Shown in pieces: positions 21,077 to 33,759 of a DNA stretch of 64,000 nt (position 1 is the first letter of the stretch; each line of letters begins with the position of its first letter). The DNA is taken from assembly GCA_902785645.1 (NCBI GenBank), contig CACZZG010000010.1:2279-66278 (forward strand), written 5' to 3'. The DNA is from an uncultured Erysipelotrichaceae bacterium (lineage in GTDB: Bacteria > Bacillota_I > Bacilli_A > RFN20 > CAG-826). A program made the position numbers and the translations under genes. The notes below the pieces were generated by a model. The model was not told the origin of the DNA. It ran no database searches and worked only from the letters and a program-made list of their open reading frames with translations.

Positions 21077-22228
21077 ATGAAAAACTTCATTAAAAACCAT
21101 AAACCGTTTTTGATAATGAGTGCCGTCTTATTATTTGAGATTATCTTTTTGGTTGTTTTGTTATGTATAAAAAAGAATTCCGATTTTGCGGAAGTGTGGA
21201 CTAGAACCTTTGGAAGAGGGTACACAAATGGATTTGGTCAGTTTAATGAGAATTTTCCCTTCTCTTTAACTGAAGTATCATTCATGATTGTGATTGCGTC
21301 ATGTATTGTCTTTCTTGCTTATGGATTCTGTTTATTAGGCAACAAAAAGTATTGGGGATTCATCCATTGCTTAATGATGATCACCTTAATAGTCGTTGGA
21401 AGTGTTTCAATGTATAACGCTTCTGTTGGTATGGCTTATAATCGTCACCCATTAACAATTGGTAAATATGAAGGCGAAATAAAGAAAGAAGATTTTAAAA
21501 ATATTGCGACTTATTTTGTGGAAGATTATAACAAAATCGCTGCAAAATACGGGGTAAATGATGAAGGAGAGATCGTTTTTCCTTATAATCGCAGCACAAT
21601 AATTGAACTATTAAGAGATGAATATAAAAGACTAGATGGAGATAAATATTTCTCTAAATACACACCGAAAGCTAAAGCGTTAGGAACATCAGGTTTATTC
21701 ACATCTGTAGGTATTGTTGGCATGTATTATGGTGTTCTTGGTGAAGCAAACTATAACACCTATATGACTAATGCTGAATTCCCATTTAATGTCGCCCATG
21801 AAATGGCACACGGAAAAGGTGTAATGAGAGAAGATGACGCTCAAATCGTTGCTACTTATATTTGCTTAACAAGTGAAAGTGATGTGCTGAGATATAGTTG
21901 TTATTACAGCACCATAGAAAGCATTCTTAACATCTTACATTTAAGTGATAACAAGGATGATTATAAAGAAGTTAAAGCATTAATAAGCGATGATGTTTGG
22001 AAAAATATAAATTTTATTTATAATCATTGGAAAGGTAAAATGTTCCTCTATGATCTAGGCAATAAAGTCAATGACTGGTATTTAAAGACATTTGGACAAA
22101 AAGAAGGCACCAAATCATATGATGATACAGAACCAGATGTTGATGATAAAGGCGATGTCATATCATTATCCCATTACCAAAGTATTTATTTTAATGCATA
22201 CTATAATCAAGTGAGCCAGGAGCAATAA
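21077..22228 (+). CDS. DUF3810-like membrane-anchored zincin-fold protein
   Basis: Three TM segments, FPFSLTE, GEANYN, HEMAH...EDDAQ. Confidence 0.7.
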   Translation: MKNFIKNHKPFLIMSAVLLFEIIFLVVLLCIKKNSDFAEVWTRTFGRGYTNGFGQFNENFPFSLTEVSFMIVIASCIVFLAYGFCLLGNKKYWGFIHCLMMITLIVVGSVSMYNASVGMAYNRHPLTIGKYEGEIKKEDFKNIATYFVEDYNKIAAKYGVNDEGEIVFPYNRSTIIELLRDEYKRLDGDKYFSKYTPKAKALGTSGLFTSVGIVGMYYGVLGEANYNTYMTNAEFPFNVAHEMAHGKGVMREDDAQIVATYICLTSESDVLRYSCYYSTIESILNILHLSDNKDDYKEVKALISDDVWKNINFIYNHWKGKMFLYDLGNKVNDWYLKTFGQKEGTKSYDDTEPDVDDKGDVISLSHYQSIYFNAYYNQVSQEQ

Positions 22229-22230
22229 TT

Positions 22231-22368
22231 ATGGAAGAAAAGAAATTACATCATTTCCAATGCACAGTTTGCGGTTATGTTTATGAAACAGAAGACGAAG
22301 AACTTCCCGAAGACTTTGTCTGCCCTATTTGTGGTGTTGGAAAAGACATGTTTGTCAAAGTAGACTAA
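22231..22368 (+). CDS. Rubredoxin (45 aa)
   Basis: Not in the ORF track. Manual translation [45 protein letters not shown] has two CxxCG knuckles; AGGAG RBS upstream. Confidence 0.92.
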   Translation: MEEKKLHHFQCTVCGYVYETEDEELPEDFVCPICGVGKDMFVKVD

Positions 22369-22490
22369 TTGAAAATGGAGATAGCAATATCTCTTTTTCT
22401 TTACACTTTTTACTGATTGTCAATTTATTGAAAATATCAAGTATTTTATTTTTATTCGGTGCTATAATTTCTTCGAAAGGAGAACTTATT

Positions 22491-23216
22491 ATGTTCAAAA
22501 AATTAGTTGCTGAATTCTTCGCTACAATGATTTTAGTTTTGGTTGGTTGTGGTGTTGCAATCGGTGTCGGATGCGGAAATGAAGCAGGTATTGTTGCTAC
22601 TGCTGCGGCATTTGGTTTATCTATCATTATCTTGGCCTATTCTGTTGGTCAAATCTCTGGTGGTCATGCAAACCCAGCCGTCTCATTAGCTATGGCAATC
22701 CGTGGTGACATTTCTTGGAAAGAATTCTTTGGCTATTGCTGTGCACAAATTTTAGGTGCTTTCGCTGGTAGTGGTATTCTTGCTTTAATCTTCTTAAGTG
22801 TTAAGAGCACAGGCTCAAATGCTTATCAACCCGCTTTATTAGCAGCCGCTAACACAACAGAAGTTAACTTCCAAGTCGTTATGTTAGGTTTATTAGCAGA
22901 AATAGTCTTAACATTCTTATTCATCCTTGTTGTCTTAGGTGTTACATCTAAGAAAGAATTAGGCGGAGTTGCAGGTATCGTTATTGGCTTAGCCTTATTT
23001 GGTGTCCACCTCTTAGGTATCCCATTAACCGGTACATCAGTTAACCCAGCTAGAGCTTTATCAGCCTTAGTGCTCCATATGTTCAATGATGGTGCTGCAA
23101 AAAATGATGCATTAACATTAATCGCTGTCGTTATTGGACCATTCATTGGTGCTGCACTTGCTGCTCTTGTTTGGAAACTTTTCTCCAAGAAAAAAGAAGC
23201 CGCTGAAGCTGAATAA
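22491..23216 (+). CDS. aqpZ: Aquaporin (MIP family)
   Basis: SGGHANPAVS and TGTSVNPARA. Start at ATG 22491 after AAAGGAG; extended -10 TGcTATAAT at 22460-68. Confidence 0.88.
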   Translation: MFKKLVAEFFATMILVLVGCGVAIGVGCGNEAGIVATAAAFGLSIIILAYSVGQISGGHANPAVSLAMAIRGDISWKEFFGYCCAQILGAFAGSGILALIFLSVKSTGSNAYQPALLAAANTTEVNFQVVMLGLLAEIVLTFLFILVVLGVTSKKELGGVAGIVIGLALFGVHLLGIPLTGTSVNPARALSALVLHMFNDGAAKNDALTLIAVVIGPFIGAALAALVWKLFSKKKEAAEAE

Positions 23217-23236
23217 TAATTCTCGATTATTAAAAG

Positions 23237-23264
23237 AAAAGAACCTTTAAAAGGTTCTTTTTTT
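23237..23264. terminator. Bidirectional intrinsic terminator
   Basis: AAAAGAACCTT-TAA-AAGGTTCTTTT followed by a T run. Confidence 0.75.
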
Positions 23265-23280
23265 GTTTACATTATCAATC

Positions 23281-23928
23281 TTAGTTTTCTCGATTAAAAG
23301 CAACAGGAATGTAGATGAATGAGAATAAGGTATATAAACCACCAATAACCACAATTGTTGGGAAGAAGTTAACTAGGAAATACGCTTCTTGATAATTTGC
23401 ATATAAGGCGTTATATGTTGCAATCGCGGCAATGCCTAAGATTAAGAATAAGATGAATGCAACAGCAACATAAACAATTGGTCTAATTATGTATTCATCT
23501 AATGGTAATTTAATACTAATATCTTCTTCTAATGGAGAGACATGATATTTATATCCACAGAAGGATGCAATAAATCCAAATGTCGCTGCGAAGAAATAAG
23601 TTAAGTAGAAGAGGAATGTTGTTAAATAGAATAAGAAGTATAAGAAGAATAATAATGGCCAGCTAAAGAAGTAGATGACTACTTGAGTGGCGGTCTTAAC
23701 TTCGTTACCTTCCTTTTTCATGATGTTGTGTAAACATTCAATTGGAGTGCGGAAGATACTTAACAAAATGCTTTGGAAGAATAAAACAGCAATAGAACTT
23801 AAGAAGGCGACTATAAATGGGGAAACAAAGATTCCGCATAAGACACCTAAAACTGGGTGCATGTTTTTAAGTCTTTCAAACTTAAAGAAAGCCATAGCTA
23901 ATCTTTTAACATGTTCAAAAAATTGCAT
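23281..23928 (-). CDS. Hypothetical membrane protein
   Basis: Hydrophobic, aromatic-rich ORF; ATG 23928 lies 8 nt after GGAG. Confidence 0.65.
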   Translation of the reverse strand: MQFFEHVKRLAMAFFKFERLKNMHPVLGVLCGIFVSPFIVAFLSSIAVLFFQSILLSIFRTPIECLHNIMKKEGNEVKTATQVVIYFFSWPLLFFLYFLFYLTTFLFYLTYFFAATFGFIASFCGYKYHVSPLEEDISIKLPLDEYIIRPIVYVAVAFILFLILGIAAIATYNALYANYQEAYFLVNFFPTIVVIGGLYTLFSFIYIPVAFNREN

Positions 23929-23993
23929 AAACAAATCTCCTTTTTAATTTATATGAACTCATTCTAAAACAAGAATGTAAAAAACTAAAGTTT

Positions 23994-25184
23994 TTATAAC
24001 TTAACAATATCTAAAACAATTTGAATCATCTTCTCATATTCTTGAATAACCAAAAATTCAAATCGTCCATGGTGGTTGTAACTGCCTGTTCCTAAATTAG
24101 GAGTGACTAGTCCCATTTTTGAGAATGTGGCACCATCAGTTCCACCTCTGATCTTGGTGGATTTAGGTTCTAATCCATTCTTTCTAATAGCCTCTTGTGC
24201 AACCTCAAGTGGTTTAGGATTTTTCTCAACATATTTCTTCATATTTTCATATTGTTCTTTGAAGGAATATTCAATGGAAATCCCAGGATACTTTTCTAAT
24301 AATCGTTTAATATTGTTTTTGATAATTTCATCGCGTTTTTCGAGCTTTTCTCTGCAAAAATCCCTCAAAATCATCGAAATAGTGACTTTATCGGAACTTC
24401 CGGAAACGTCATTAATATGCCAATAACCATCGTCATAACCCGCTTCAAAAGGAGTGTCGTTTTTTGGCATATTATTGATGAAGTCATTAAGCACCAAAAT
24501 AGCATTGATGAGCTTTCCTTTTCCTTCTCCAGGATGAACACTAACACCTTGAATTGTCATTTCAAATCCTTGAGCGTCAAAGTTTTCAAAATCAACGCAG
24601 TCAATTAATGCGCCATCAACTGTAAAGGCATAGTCCGCATCCATCTTTTCTAATGAGAAATGCTTAGGTCCTTCACCAATCTCTTCATCAACGGTAAAAG
24701 CGATAGAAAGATTATGATGTTTAACTTCTGGATGATTATGTAAGTATTCAAGGACTGACATGATAATGGCGATACCCGCTTTATCATCTGCCCCTAGTAG
24801 TGTTGTTCCATCAGTGGTGACTAAGTCGCAACCGACAAATCTATCTAAAATAGGAAATTGTTTTGTGGACAAAGTATATTGATCATTTAATTTGATATCT
24901 TTTCCATCATAGTGATGAATTTGGGGATTAACGTTTTTGCCAGTGACTTCTAATGCTGTATCGACATGTGCGTTTAAACCGATTTTGTCGCCTTCACCTT
25001 TTAGATGTGCATAGACTATTCCATATTCATCCATATAAGCATCTTCTAGACCAAGCTCTTTGAGTTCTTTAACCAATAATCTAGATAGATCTTTTTGTTT
25101 TTCAGTGGATGGTGTGGTTCCAGTTGTGTCATCAGATTGAGTATCGATTTTTACGTATCTAAGAAACTTATCAATGTTTGCCAT
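23994..25184 (-). CDS. pepT: Peptidase T (M20B)
   Basis: FLRYVKIDTQS, AHVDT, LGADDKAG, DEEIG, IRGGTDG. Confidence 0.95.
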   Translation of the reverse strand: MANIDKFLRYVKIDTQSDDTTGTTPSTEKQKDLSRLLVKELKELGLEDAYMDEYGIVYAHLKGEGDKIGLNAHVDTALEVTGKNVNPQIHHYDGKDIKLNDQYTLSTKQFPILDRFVGCDLVTTDGTTLLGADDKAGIAIIMSVLEYLHNHPEVKHHNLSIAFTVDEEIGEGPKHFSLEKMDADYAFTVDGALIDCVDFENFDAQGFEMTIQGVSVHPGEGKGKLINAILVLNDFINNMPKNDTPFEAGYDDGYWHINDVSGSSDKVTISMILRDFCREKLEKRDEIIKNNIKRLLEKYPGISIEYSFKEQYENMKKYVEKNPKPLEVAQEAIRKNGLEPKSTKIRGGTDGATFSKMGLVTPNLGTGSYNHHGRFEFLVIQEYEKMIQIVLDIVKL

Positions 25185-25268
25185 AAAATAACCTCGCGAT
25201 AATTAATTATAATTTCTTTTTAAGAAAACTCTATGTGTAAATCTTTTAATAATTTATAATTATTCCGC

Positions 25269-25853
25269 ATGAAAGAAACAATTAACATTAAAAGAAAAGA
25301 ATTCGTCGTTATCGAAAAAATGGGAGAACGATCCTTTAAAGTTGAAAGAAAAGGAAAGATTTTCTTTTTAAAGAAATATGATAGAAGAGATGAATTAGAA
25401 GAGTTTATTAAGAACTCTCGTAGATTGAAGATTACCGCTTTAGAGACACCAAAGGTTTATATGTTTGATAAAGACCAATTAATCAGTGTCGTGGACTTTA
25501 TTGAAGGCGATAATATTCTCGATTTATTGCTCAAAGATGGTACCTTAGATGAATTAATTTATAAATCCATTTTGGCGGATGAATGGTATATGAGAAGAGA
25601 AAAGCTCAAAATTGATTTCGTTCCAAACAATTTCAAATTTAATGGAAAGAAACTTGTTTATTTACCATTTAAGACTCTTCCATTTGAACAAGGCTATAAC
25701 TTCGCCATGAAAGAATTTAGACTTTGGTTCTACACAAAAGAATTCTCCAAATACGTTAAATCACTTGGATATTCATTCGATGATTCAAAAATTGGTAATG
25801 AATACGCCACAAACAAACAAATGGCCTTAATGGCAGTAAAGTATTACATGTAG
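25269..25853 (+). CDS. Hypothetical protein, degenerate kinase-like fold
   Basis: SFKVERKGKIFFLKKY, ETPKVY, VVDFIEG, DFVPNNF resemble RIO/APH-type subdomains, but there is no clear DFG equivalent. Confidence 0.55.
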   Translation: MKETINIKRKEFVVIEKMGERSFKVERKGKIFFLKKYDRRDELEEFIKNSRRLKITALETPKVYMFDKDQLISVVDFIEGDNILDLLLKDGTLDELIYKSILADEWYMRREKLKIDFVPNNFKFNGKKLVYLPFKTLPFEQGYNFAMKEFRLWFYTKEFSKYVKSLGYSFDDSKIGNEYATNKQMALMAVKYYM

Positions 25854-25855
25854 AT

Positions 25856-27892
<2,037 letters not shown>

Positions 27893-27893
<1 letters not shown>

Positions 27894-28930
27894 TGGATAT
27901 AAATCTTTTTGATTTTTATTTACCTGAAGAATTAATCGCCCAGACTCCAGCATCTAAAAGAGATGAGTCTCGTTTATTAGCGGTTAATCTTTCCGCACAT
28001 AGTTATGAAGATAGACATTTCTATGACATTTTAGAATACCTTAAACCAGGCGATGTTTTAGTTAGAAATAACACCAAGGTAATTCCCGCAAGACTATTGG
28101 GCATTAAGGAGAAAACCGGAGCCCATTGTGAACTATTGCTTTTAAAGCAAATAGAAGGTGATAACTGGGAATGCTTAACAAGACCGGCAAAGAGTTTAAA
28201 AGTCGGCGCACGTGTTAATTTTGGTGATGGAAAACTTATTGCTGAATGCATCGAAGAAAGAGAAGAAGGTTTAAGAGTATTTAAATTCATTTATAACGGC
28301 ATCTTCTTAGAAATATTGGATCAATTAGGCAAGATGCCTCTTCCTCCATATATTAGAGAACAATTATGCGAAAACGATCGATATCAAACTGTTTACGCAA
28401 AATACGAAGGAAGCGCAGCCGCTCCAACAGCGGGTTTTCACTTTACTGAAGAACTGTTTGAAAAGATAAAAACTAAAGGCATCGAAGTCATTGATATCAC
28501 TTTACATATTGGTCTTGGAACTTTTAGGCCAGTCAAAGTAACTGACACTAAAGACCACGTCATGCATAGTGAGATTTATGAAATTAGTGAAGAAGCTGCA
28601 CAAAGATTAAACGAAGCCAAGAAAGAAAATAAACGAATAATTGCTATTGGAACAACCTCTGTCAGAACCTTAGAAGCAAACTATAAGAAATACCATACAT
28701 TTAAAGCAACAAAAGAATCAACAAACATATTCATTCAACCCGGTTATGAATTTGAAGCAGTTAATGCTATCATTACCAATTTCCACTTGCCTAAATCAAC
28801 TTTAATTATGCTTGTTTCTGCATTTGCGGGAAGGGAATTTACTTTAGAACTTTATCAGCATGCAGTTAAAGAGAAATATCGTTTCTTCTCATTTGGGGAT
28901 TCAATGTTCTTATATGGAAAAAAAGATTAA
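27893..28930 (+). CDS. queA: SAM:tRNA ribosyltransferase-isomerase
   Basis: [43 protein letters not shown]. Confidence 0.97.
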
Positions 28931-29546
28931 TTATCAGCGCATTTTATTGCAAAAACTAAACGAAATTAAAGAAAAAGGCCTAAAACCTAAGCTTTGTTTA
29001 CATGCATGTTGTGGTCCTTGTTTTACAATTCCTTATGAAATTATTAAGGATTATTTTGATATCACAGTTATCTATAACAATTCAAATATCTATCCTAAAG
29101 AAGAGCATGATCGTAGATTAGAAGAATTTAAAAGATATATTAAGGAAATTGGAGCGAAATTGGAATTCGTTGAATTTCCTTATGATAACATAACCTACAA
29201 CAAATCATTAGAAAGTAGAGCAGATGACAAGGAAGGACATGAGAGGTGCCGCATCTGTTTTAGGAAAAGATTAAGACAAGGTTTCGAATACGCAAAAGAA
29301 CATGGTTTTGATTATTTTGGAACAGTCATGACTATATCCAGATACAAGAACGCTCAGGATATTAACAAGATTGGTCACGAACTCGAGAAGGATTTTGAAC
29401 CAGTGCAGTGGTTGGATGCTGACTTTAAGAAGAACAATGGTTATGAAGATTCATTGAAGATCATCCAAGAACACGAAATGTACTTCCAAGAATATTGTGG
29501 ATGTATTTATTCGTATAATGCTTACCAAGCTAAGAACAAAGAATAA
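28914..29546 (+). CDS. queH: Epoxyqueuosine reductase QueH
   Basis: [30 protein letters not shown]; start ATG 28914. Confidence 0.9.
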   Translation: MEKKINYQRILLQKLNEIKEKGLKPKLCLHACCGPCFTIPYEIIKDYFDITVIYNNSNIYPKEEHDRRLEEFKRYIKEIGAKLEFVEFPYDNITYNKSLESRADDKEGHERCRICFRKRLRQGFEYAKEHGFDYFGTVMTISRYKNAQDINKIGHELEKDFEPVQWLDADFKKNNGYEDSLKIIQEHEMYFQEYCGCIYSYNAYQAKNKE

Positions 29547-29567
29547 GTCAGAAAAACAGTTATTGAT

Positions 29568-29592
29568 TCCCGTCCTTGAGATGGGATTTTTT
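29568..29592 (+). terminator. Intrinsic terminator after queH
   Basis: TCCCGTC-N5-GATGGGA-TTTTTT. Confidence 0.65.
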
Positions 29593-29813
29593 ATATCCAA
29601 TAAGTCCAAAAATCGGGATTTCGATATATTAACTCCGTAAAAAATGAACAAAAATATGGAGTAAAAATTAATACCCAAAAATGCAAAAATGAACACGAAA
29701 AAATCGGTTTTTCGATAAAAAAAGAGTCTGAAAACAGCTAAAATTTGGTCATTTTTTTGGTCTAATTTCCATGTGTGTTTTTTCTTATATCTTAAAAAAT
29801 TTATTAAATTTAT

Positions 29814-29842
29814 TTGACACGCATATATATAAGGGGTATGAT
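29814..29842 (+). promoter_or_regulatory. Sigma-A promoter of the S10 operon
   Basis: TTGACA(29814-19)-17 bp-TATGAT(29837-42) with an AT-rich upstream region. Confidence 0.8.
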
Positions 29843-29849
29843 TTTCACG

Positions 29850-29945
29850 TTGACTGCCCGCGTTGAAGTGCGAGGTTGCTGACACACCCACAGGCGTTGT
29901 CATGAAGGTGTGATCAGGTAATTCGTTCCGAGTGGGTCCAGGTCA
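29850..29945 (+). ncRNA. rpsJ (S10 operon) 5' leader RNA
   Basis: GC-rich island containing GAGGTTGCTGACACACCC...CATG...GGTGTGATCAGG, matching from memory the conserved Firmicutes rpsJ leader; CACACC pairs with GGTGTG. Confidence 0.7.
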
Positions 29946-29975
29946 AAGCCTGAAAGTGATAAAGGAGGAAATTTC

Positions 29976-30287
29976 ATGGCAAAAGCTACCAAGATTAGGG
30001 TTCGCTTAAAAGCATACGATCACGTCAATCTCGATGCGAGTGCGGCAAGAATCGTTGAAGCAGCGAAAAAGACTGGTGCAACAGTGGTTGGACCAATTCC
30101 GCTCCCTACGGAAAAACAAGTATTCACGATTTTAAGAGCGGTTCACAAATACAAAGATTCCCGTGAACAATTTGAAATCAGAACACACAAACGTATCATC
30201 GATATCAGTAATCCAAGAAAAGAAACAATCGACGCTCTCAAGAACCTCGATTTACCATCCGGAGTCGATATCGAGATCAAATTATAA
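29976..30287 (+). CDS. rpsJ: 30S ribosomal protein S10
   Basis: [29 protein letters not shown]. Confidence 0.98.
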   Translation: MAKATKIRVRLKAYDHVNLDASAARIVEAAKKTGATVVGPIPLPTEKQVFTILRAVHKYKDSREQFEIRTHKRIIDISNPRKETIDALKNLDLPSGVDIEIKL

Positions 30288-30301
30288 GGAGGTAAGAGTC
30301 A

Positions 30302-31029
30302 ATGAAAGCAATCGTTGGACGCAAAATGGGCATGACTGAAGTCTTCGCTGAAGATGGAACAATGTACCCAGTTACAGTCGTCGAAGTCTTACCAAACGTC
30401 GTTACACAAGTCAAAACCTTAGAAAAGGATGGCTATGTAGCAGTTCAAGTCGGCTATGAAGAAAAACGCGAAAGCCGCGCTAACAAATGTGAAAAAGGTA
30501 TTGCCGCTAAAGCAAACACCGTCCCACATTACGTCAGCAAGGAATTACGTGGTGATGAAATGGCCAAATACCAATTAGGTGACAAGATTACCGCAGACTT
30601 ATTCAAAGCAGGCGATATCGTCGACGTCATCGGAACAAGCAAGGGACATGGTTACACCGGCACAATCAAACGCTGGAATATGACAATCGGTCCAAAGGGA
30701 CACGGTTCAGGTTACCACAGAGGTCAAGGTTCCTTCGCTAATAACGGTCGTTACAACCATGGTGTTATGCCAGGCAAACACATGTCCACATGTCCGGTCA
30801 CATGGGTAATGAATCCGCAACATTATTAAACTTAACAGTTGTTAGCGTGAACGCTGAAAAGAACTACATCTTAATCAAGGGTGGTTTACCAGGCGCACGT
30901 AAGAGCATCGTCGTCATCCGTGACGCGGTCAAAGTTGTTAAGAACGCAAAAGCGGTCAAAACATTAATCGATCGCACTCCAGCTCCAGCAGCGGAAGAAA
31001 CACCAGCTCCTGAAGCAACAGCTGAATAG
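30302..31029 (+). CDS. rplC: 50S ribosomal protein L3, split by an 8-bp tandem duplication (probable assembly artefact)
   Basis: ORFs 30302-30829 and 30790-31029 are the two parts of L3. CACATGTC is duplicated at 30779-30794; removing one copy restores [10 protein letters not shown]. Confidence 0.92.
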
Positions 31030-31047
31030 TGAAAGGAGAACGTAAGT

Positions 31048-31686
31048 ATGGCAGAAAAGAAAACAATGTCCGTCAAAGTCTTAAATAAGGCTGGCGAAGA
31101 AGTTTCCAAAGTTAGCTTAAAAACTGAAGTCTTCGGTATTGAACCTAACACCCAAGTTATGTTCGACGCTATTCAAGTAGAACAAAGCAATGCTCGCCAA
31201 GCGACAGCTAAAACAAAAGTTCGTCACGAAGTGAGTGGTGGCGGTAAAAAACCATTCCGTCAAAAAGGTACCGGCCGTGCTCGTGCAGGTACAACAAGAT
31301 CACCAATCTGGGTTGGTGGTGGAACGGTCTTCGGACCAGATGGAAATCAAAATTACAAGATTTCCCAAAACAAGAAAGCCCACAACTTAGCATTAAGAAG
31401 TGCGCTTAGCTTAAAAGCTAAAGAAGGATTAGTCATCGTTGATGATCTAAAACTCGAAGCAAAGACCAAGGAATTCCTTAAAGCTATGGATGCCCTTAAG
31501 GTCGGTGGCAAAGTTCTCGTTGTTCTCGACGAATTCGAAGAAAAGCTCCTCTTCGCCGCCAGAAACGTCAACTGGGTCAAATTAGTTTCCACAGATAACG
31601 TTAGTGTTCTCGACTTATTAAATGTTGATACAGTCGTCTTCACCAAAGATTCAGTGGAAAATTTACAAAAGGAGGTTTTGAAGTAA
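31048..31686 (+). CDS. rplD: 50S ribosomal protein L4
   Basis: SGGGKKPFRQKGTGRARAG. Confidence 0.98.
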   Translation: MAEKKTMSVKVLNKAGEEVSKVSLKTEVFGIEPNTQVMFDAIQVEQSNARQATAKTKVRHEVSGGGKKPFRQKGTGRARAGTTRSPIWVGGGTVFGPDGNQNYKISQNKKAHNLALRSALSLKAKEGLVIVDDLKLEAKTKEFLKAMDALKVGGKVLVVLDEFEEKLLFAARNVNWVKLVSTDNVSVLDLLNVDTVVFTKDSVENLQKEVLK

Positions 31687-31687
31687 T

Positions 31688-32032
31688 ATGGCAGCCAAAA
31701 AGAAAACAGAAGCTAAAGCTTCAAACCGCTTTGCAAAACCAACCGCGAAAGACTTCCAAGTCATTCTTGAACCAAGAATCACCGAGAAATCAATGGATTT
31801 GATGCAAAATCAAAACAAGATCACGGTTAAAGTTCTCGACAGCGCGAATAAGACTGAAATCAAATTAGCAGTCGAAAGAATCTTCCAAGTTAAAGTTGAA
31901 GATGTCCGCGTCAGCAATGTCAGAGCTAAACAAACAACCAGAGGTACCCGTTATCAAGGTAAGCTCTCCGGTTATAAGAAAGCAATCGTTACTATCGCAG
32001 AAGGCGAAGCGATTGACTTATTCAAGGAATAA
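31688..32032 (+). CDS. rplW: 50S ribosomal protein L23 (N-terminal extension)
   Basis: PRITEKS, ANKTEIKLAVE, YKKAIVT. Confidence 0.96.
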   Translation: MAAKKKTEAKASNRFAKPTAKDFQVILEPRITEKSMDLMQNQNKITVKVLDSANKTEIKLAVERIFQVKVEDVRVSNVRAKQTTRGTRYQGKLSGYKKAIVTIAEGEAIDLFKE

Positions 32033-32070
32033 TCTAAGTTCGATTATTACCAATTATAGGAGGAAAAGTA

Positions 32071-32904
32071 ATGTCTATTAGAACTTACAAACCTACGTCA
32101 GCAAGTCGTAGGAACATGACAAATTCGACATTCGAAGAAATCACAACGAAAACTCCTGAGAAATCATTATTAGTCAGTTTATCCAAGTCTGGCGGCCGTA
32201 ACAATCAAGGTAAAATCACCTGCCGTCACATTGGTGGAGGTCATAAACGTAAATATCGTATTATCGACTTCAAACGTAATAAAGACAATATCCCAGCGGT
32301 TGTGAAAACTATCGAATACGATCCAAACCGCAATGCGAATATTTGCTTAGTCAGCTATGCTGATGGTGAAAAGCGTTATATCCTCGCACCAAAGGATATT
32401 AAAGTCGGCTACAAAGTCGTCTCTGGTGAAGCAGCAGACATCATGCCAGGTAATGCAATGTGCTTAAAGAGCATTCCAGAAGGTACATTCATTCACAACA
32501 TTGAATTAGTTCCTGGTAATGGTGGCCAATTATGTAGAGCCGCAGGCGCAGCCGCTCAAGTGCTCGGTTCTGAAGGAAAATACGTGCTCGTTAGATTAGC
32601 ATCTGGTGAAGTTCGTAAAATCTTAAAAGAATGCCGTGCAACAATCGGTTTCGTTGGAAACGAAGACTGGAACTTAGTTAACAATGGTAAAGCTGGTAAA
32701 ACTAGATGGTTAGGTACCAGACCAACAGTTAGAGGTTCCGTCATGAACCCAAATGATCACCCTCATGGTGGTGGTGAAGGTAAATGTCCTGTTGGACGTG
32801 ATGCACCACGTACTCCTTGGGGTAAACGTGCTCTCGGTGTGAAGACACGTAAAGTTAAAAAAGCATCCACCAAATTAATCGTCCGCCGTAGAAACGGTAA
32901 ATAA
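32071..32904 (+). CDS. rplB: 50S ribosomal protein L2
   Basis: [20 protein letters not shown]. Confidence 0.98.
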   Translation: MSIRTYKPTSASRRNMTNSTFEEITTKTPEKSLLVSLSKSGGRNNQGKITCRHIGGGHKRKYRIIDFKRNKDNIPAVVKTIEYDPNRNANICLVSYADGEKRYILAPKDIKVGYKVVSGEAADIMPGNAMCLKSIPEGTFIHNIELVPGNGGQLCRAAGAAAQVLGSEGKYVLVRLASGEVRKILKECRATIGFVGNEDWNLVNNGKAGKTRWLGTRPTVRGSVMNPNDHPHGGGEGKCPVGRDAPRTPWGKRALGVKTRKVKKASTKLIVRRRNGK

Positions 32905-32926
32905 TGCAGAAGGAGGAAAATGAATT

Positions 32927-33220
32927 ATGGCAAGAAGTTTGAAAAAAGGCGCCTTCGTTGATGAACCATTAATGAAGAAAGTCGAAGCTTTAAATGCTGC
33001 TAATAAAAAAGAGATCATTAAGACATGGTCCCGTCGTAGCACAATATTTCCATCATTTGTCGGACACACCTTTGCAGTTTATAACGGTAAAGAACACATC
33101 TCTGTCTATGTTACAGAAGATATGGTCGGACATAAACTCGGAGAGTTTGCGCCAACACGTAAATTCACCGGACACACAGGCCACACCGCAGAAGATAAAG
33201 CAGCTGCGGCAGCCAAATAG
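32927..33220 (+). CDS. rpsS: 30S ribosomal protein S19
   Basis: [25 protein letters not shown]. Confidence 0.98.
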   Translation: MARSLKKGAFVDEPLMKKVEALNAANKKEIIKTWSRRSTIFPSFVGHTFAVYNGKEHISVYVTEDMVGHKLGEFAPTRKFTGHTGHTAEDKAAAAAK

Positions 33221-33230
33221 GAGGTAAGTT

Positions 33231-33746
33231 ATGGCAGAAGAAAAGAAAACAACTGCAAAGAAAGCCCCTGCGAAAAAAGTCGCTCCAAAAGCCGCTAAAG
33301 TAGAAGCTCCAGTTGAAGAAGTCAAAGCTCCTGTTGAAGAAGCTCCTAAAAAAGAAAAGAAAGCCACCAAAAAGGCTGAGAAGAAAGTCGAAGCTCCAAA
33401 GAAGCCTGCTGTTACAGAAGCACGCGCTGTCGCTAAGAACGTTAGATTAACTCCTCGTAAAGCTAGATTAGTTATCGATTTAGTCCGTGGTAAAGATGTC
33501 AAAGTTGCTCTTGGCTTATTAGCCAACACCAACAAAGCAGCCTCTGAACCAGTCACTAAACTCATCAAATCCGCTGCTGCTAACGCTGTTAACAACTTCG
33601 GTATGGATGAAGATAAATTATATATCGATCAAATCTGGGCTAATGATGGCTTAAGAATGAAAAGATACTTGCCAAGAGCAAAAGGTTCTGCTTCTGGTTT
33701 AGTGAAAAGAAATAGCCACTTATATGTGGTCATCAAAATGAGATAG
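33231..33746 (+). CDS. rplV: 50S ribosomal protein L22 with about 60-aa K/A/E/P-rich N-terminal extension
   Basis: VRLTPRKARLVIDLVRGK, PRAKGSA. Confidence 0.97.
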   Translation: MAEEKKTTAKKAPAKKVAPKAAKVEAPVEEVKAPVEEAPKKEKKATKKAEKKVEAPKKPAVTEARAVAKNVRLTPRKARLVIDLVRGKDVKVALGLLANTNKAASEPVTKLIKSAAANAVNNFGMDEDKLYIDQIWANDGLRMKRYLPRAKGSASGLVKRNSHLYVVIKMR

Positions 33747-33759
33747 GAGGAAAACATCA

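Noticed and set aside
22329-22490. N-terminal extension of the aquaporin ORF
   Set aside because: It overlaps the rubredoxin gene and a promoter; the RBS supports ATG 22491.
29451-29903. 150-aa minus-strand ORF
   Set aside because: It spans the queH end, a terminator, the S10 promoter and the leader RNA, and its F/I/L bias reflects AT-rich non-coding DNA.
30770-30830. Programmed ribosomal frameshift in rplC
   Set aside because: No slippery site or stimulatory structure; an exact 8-bp duplication fully explains the break.
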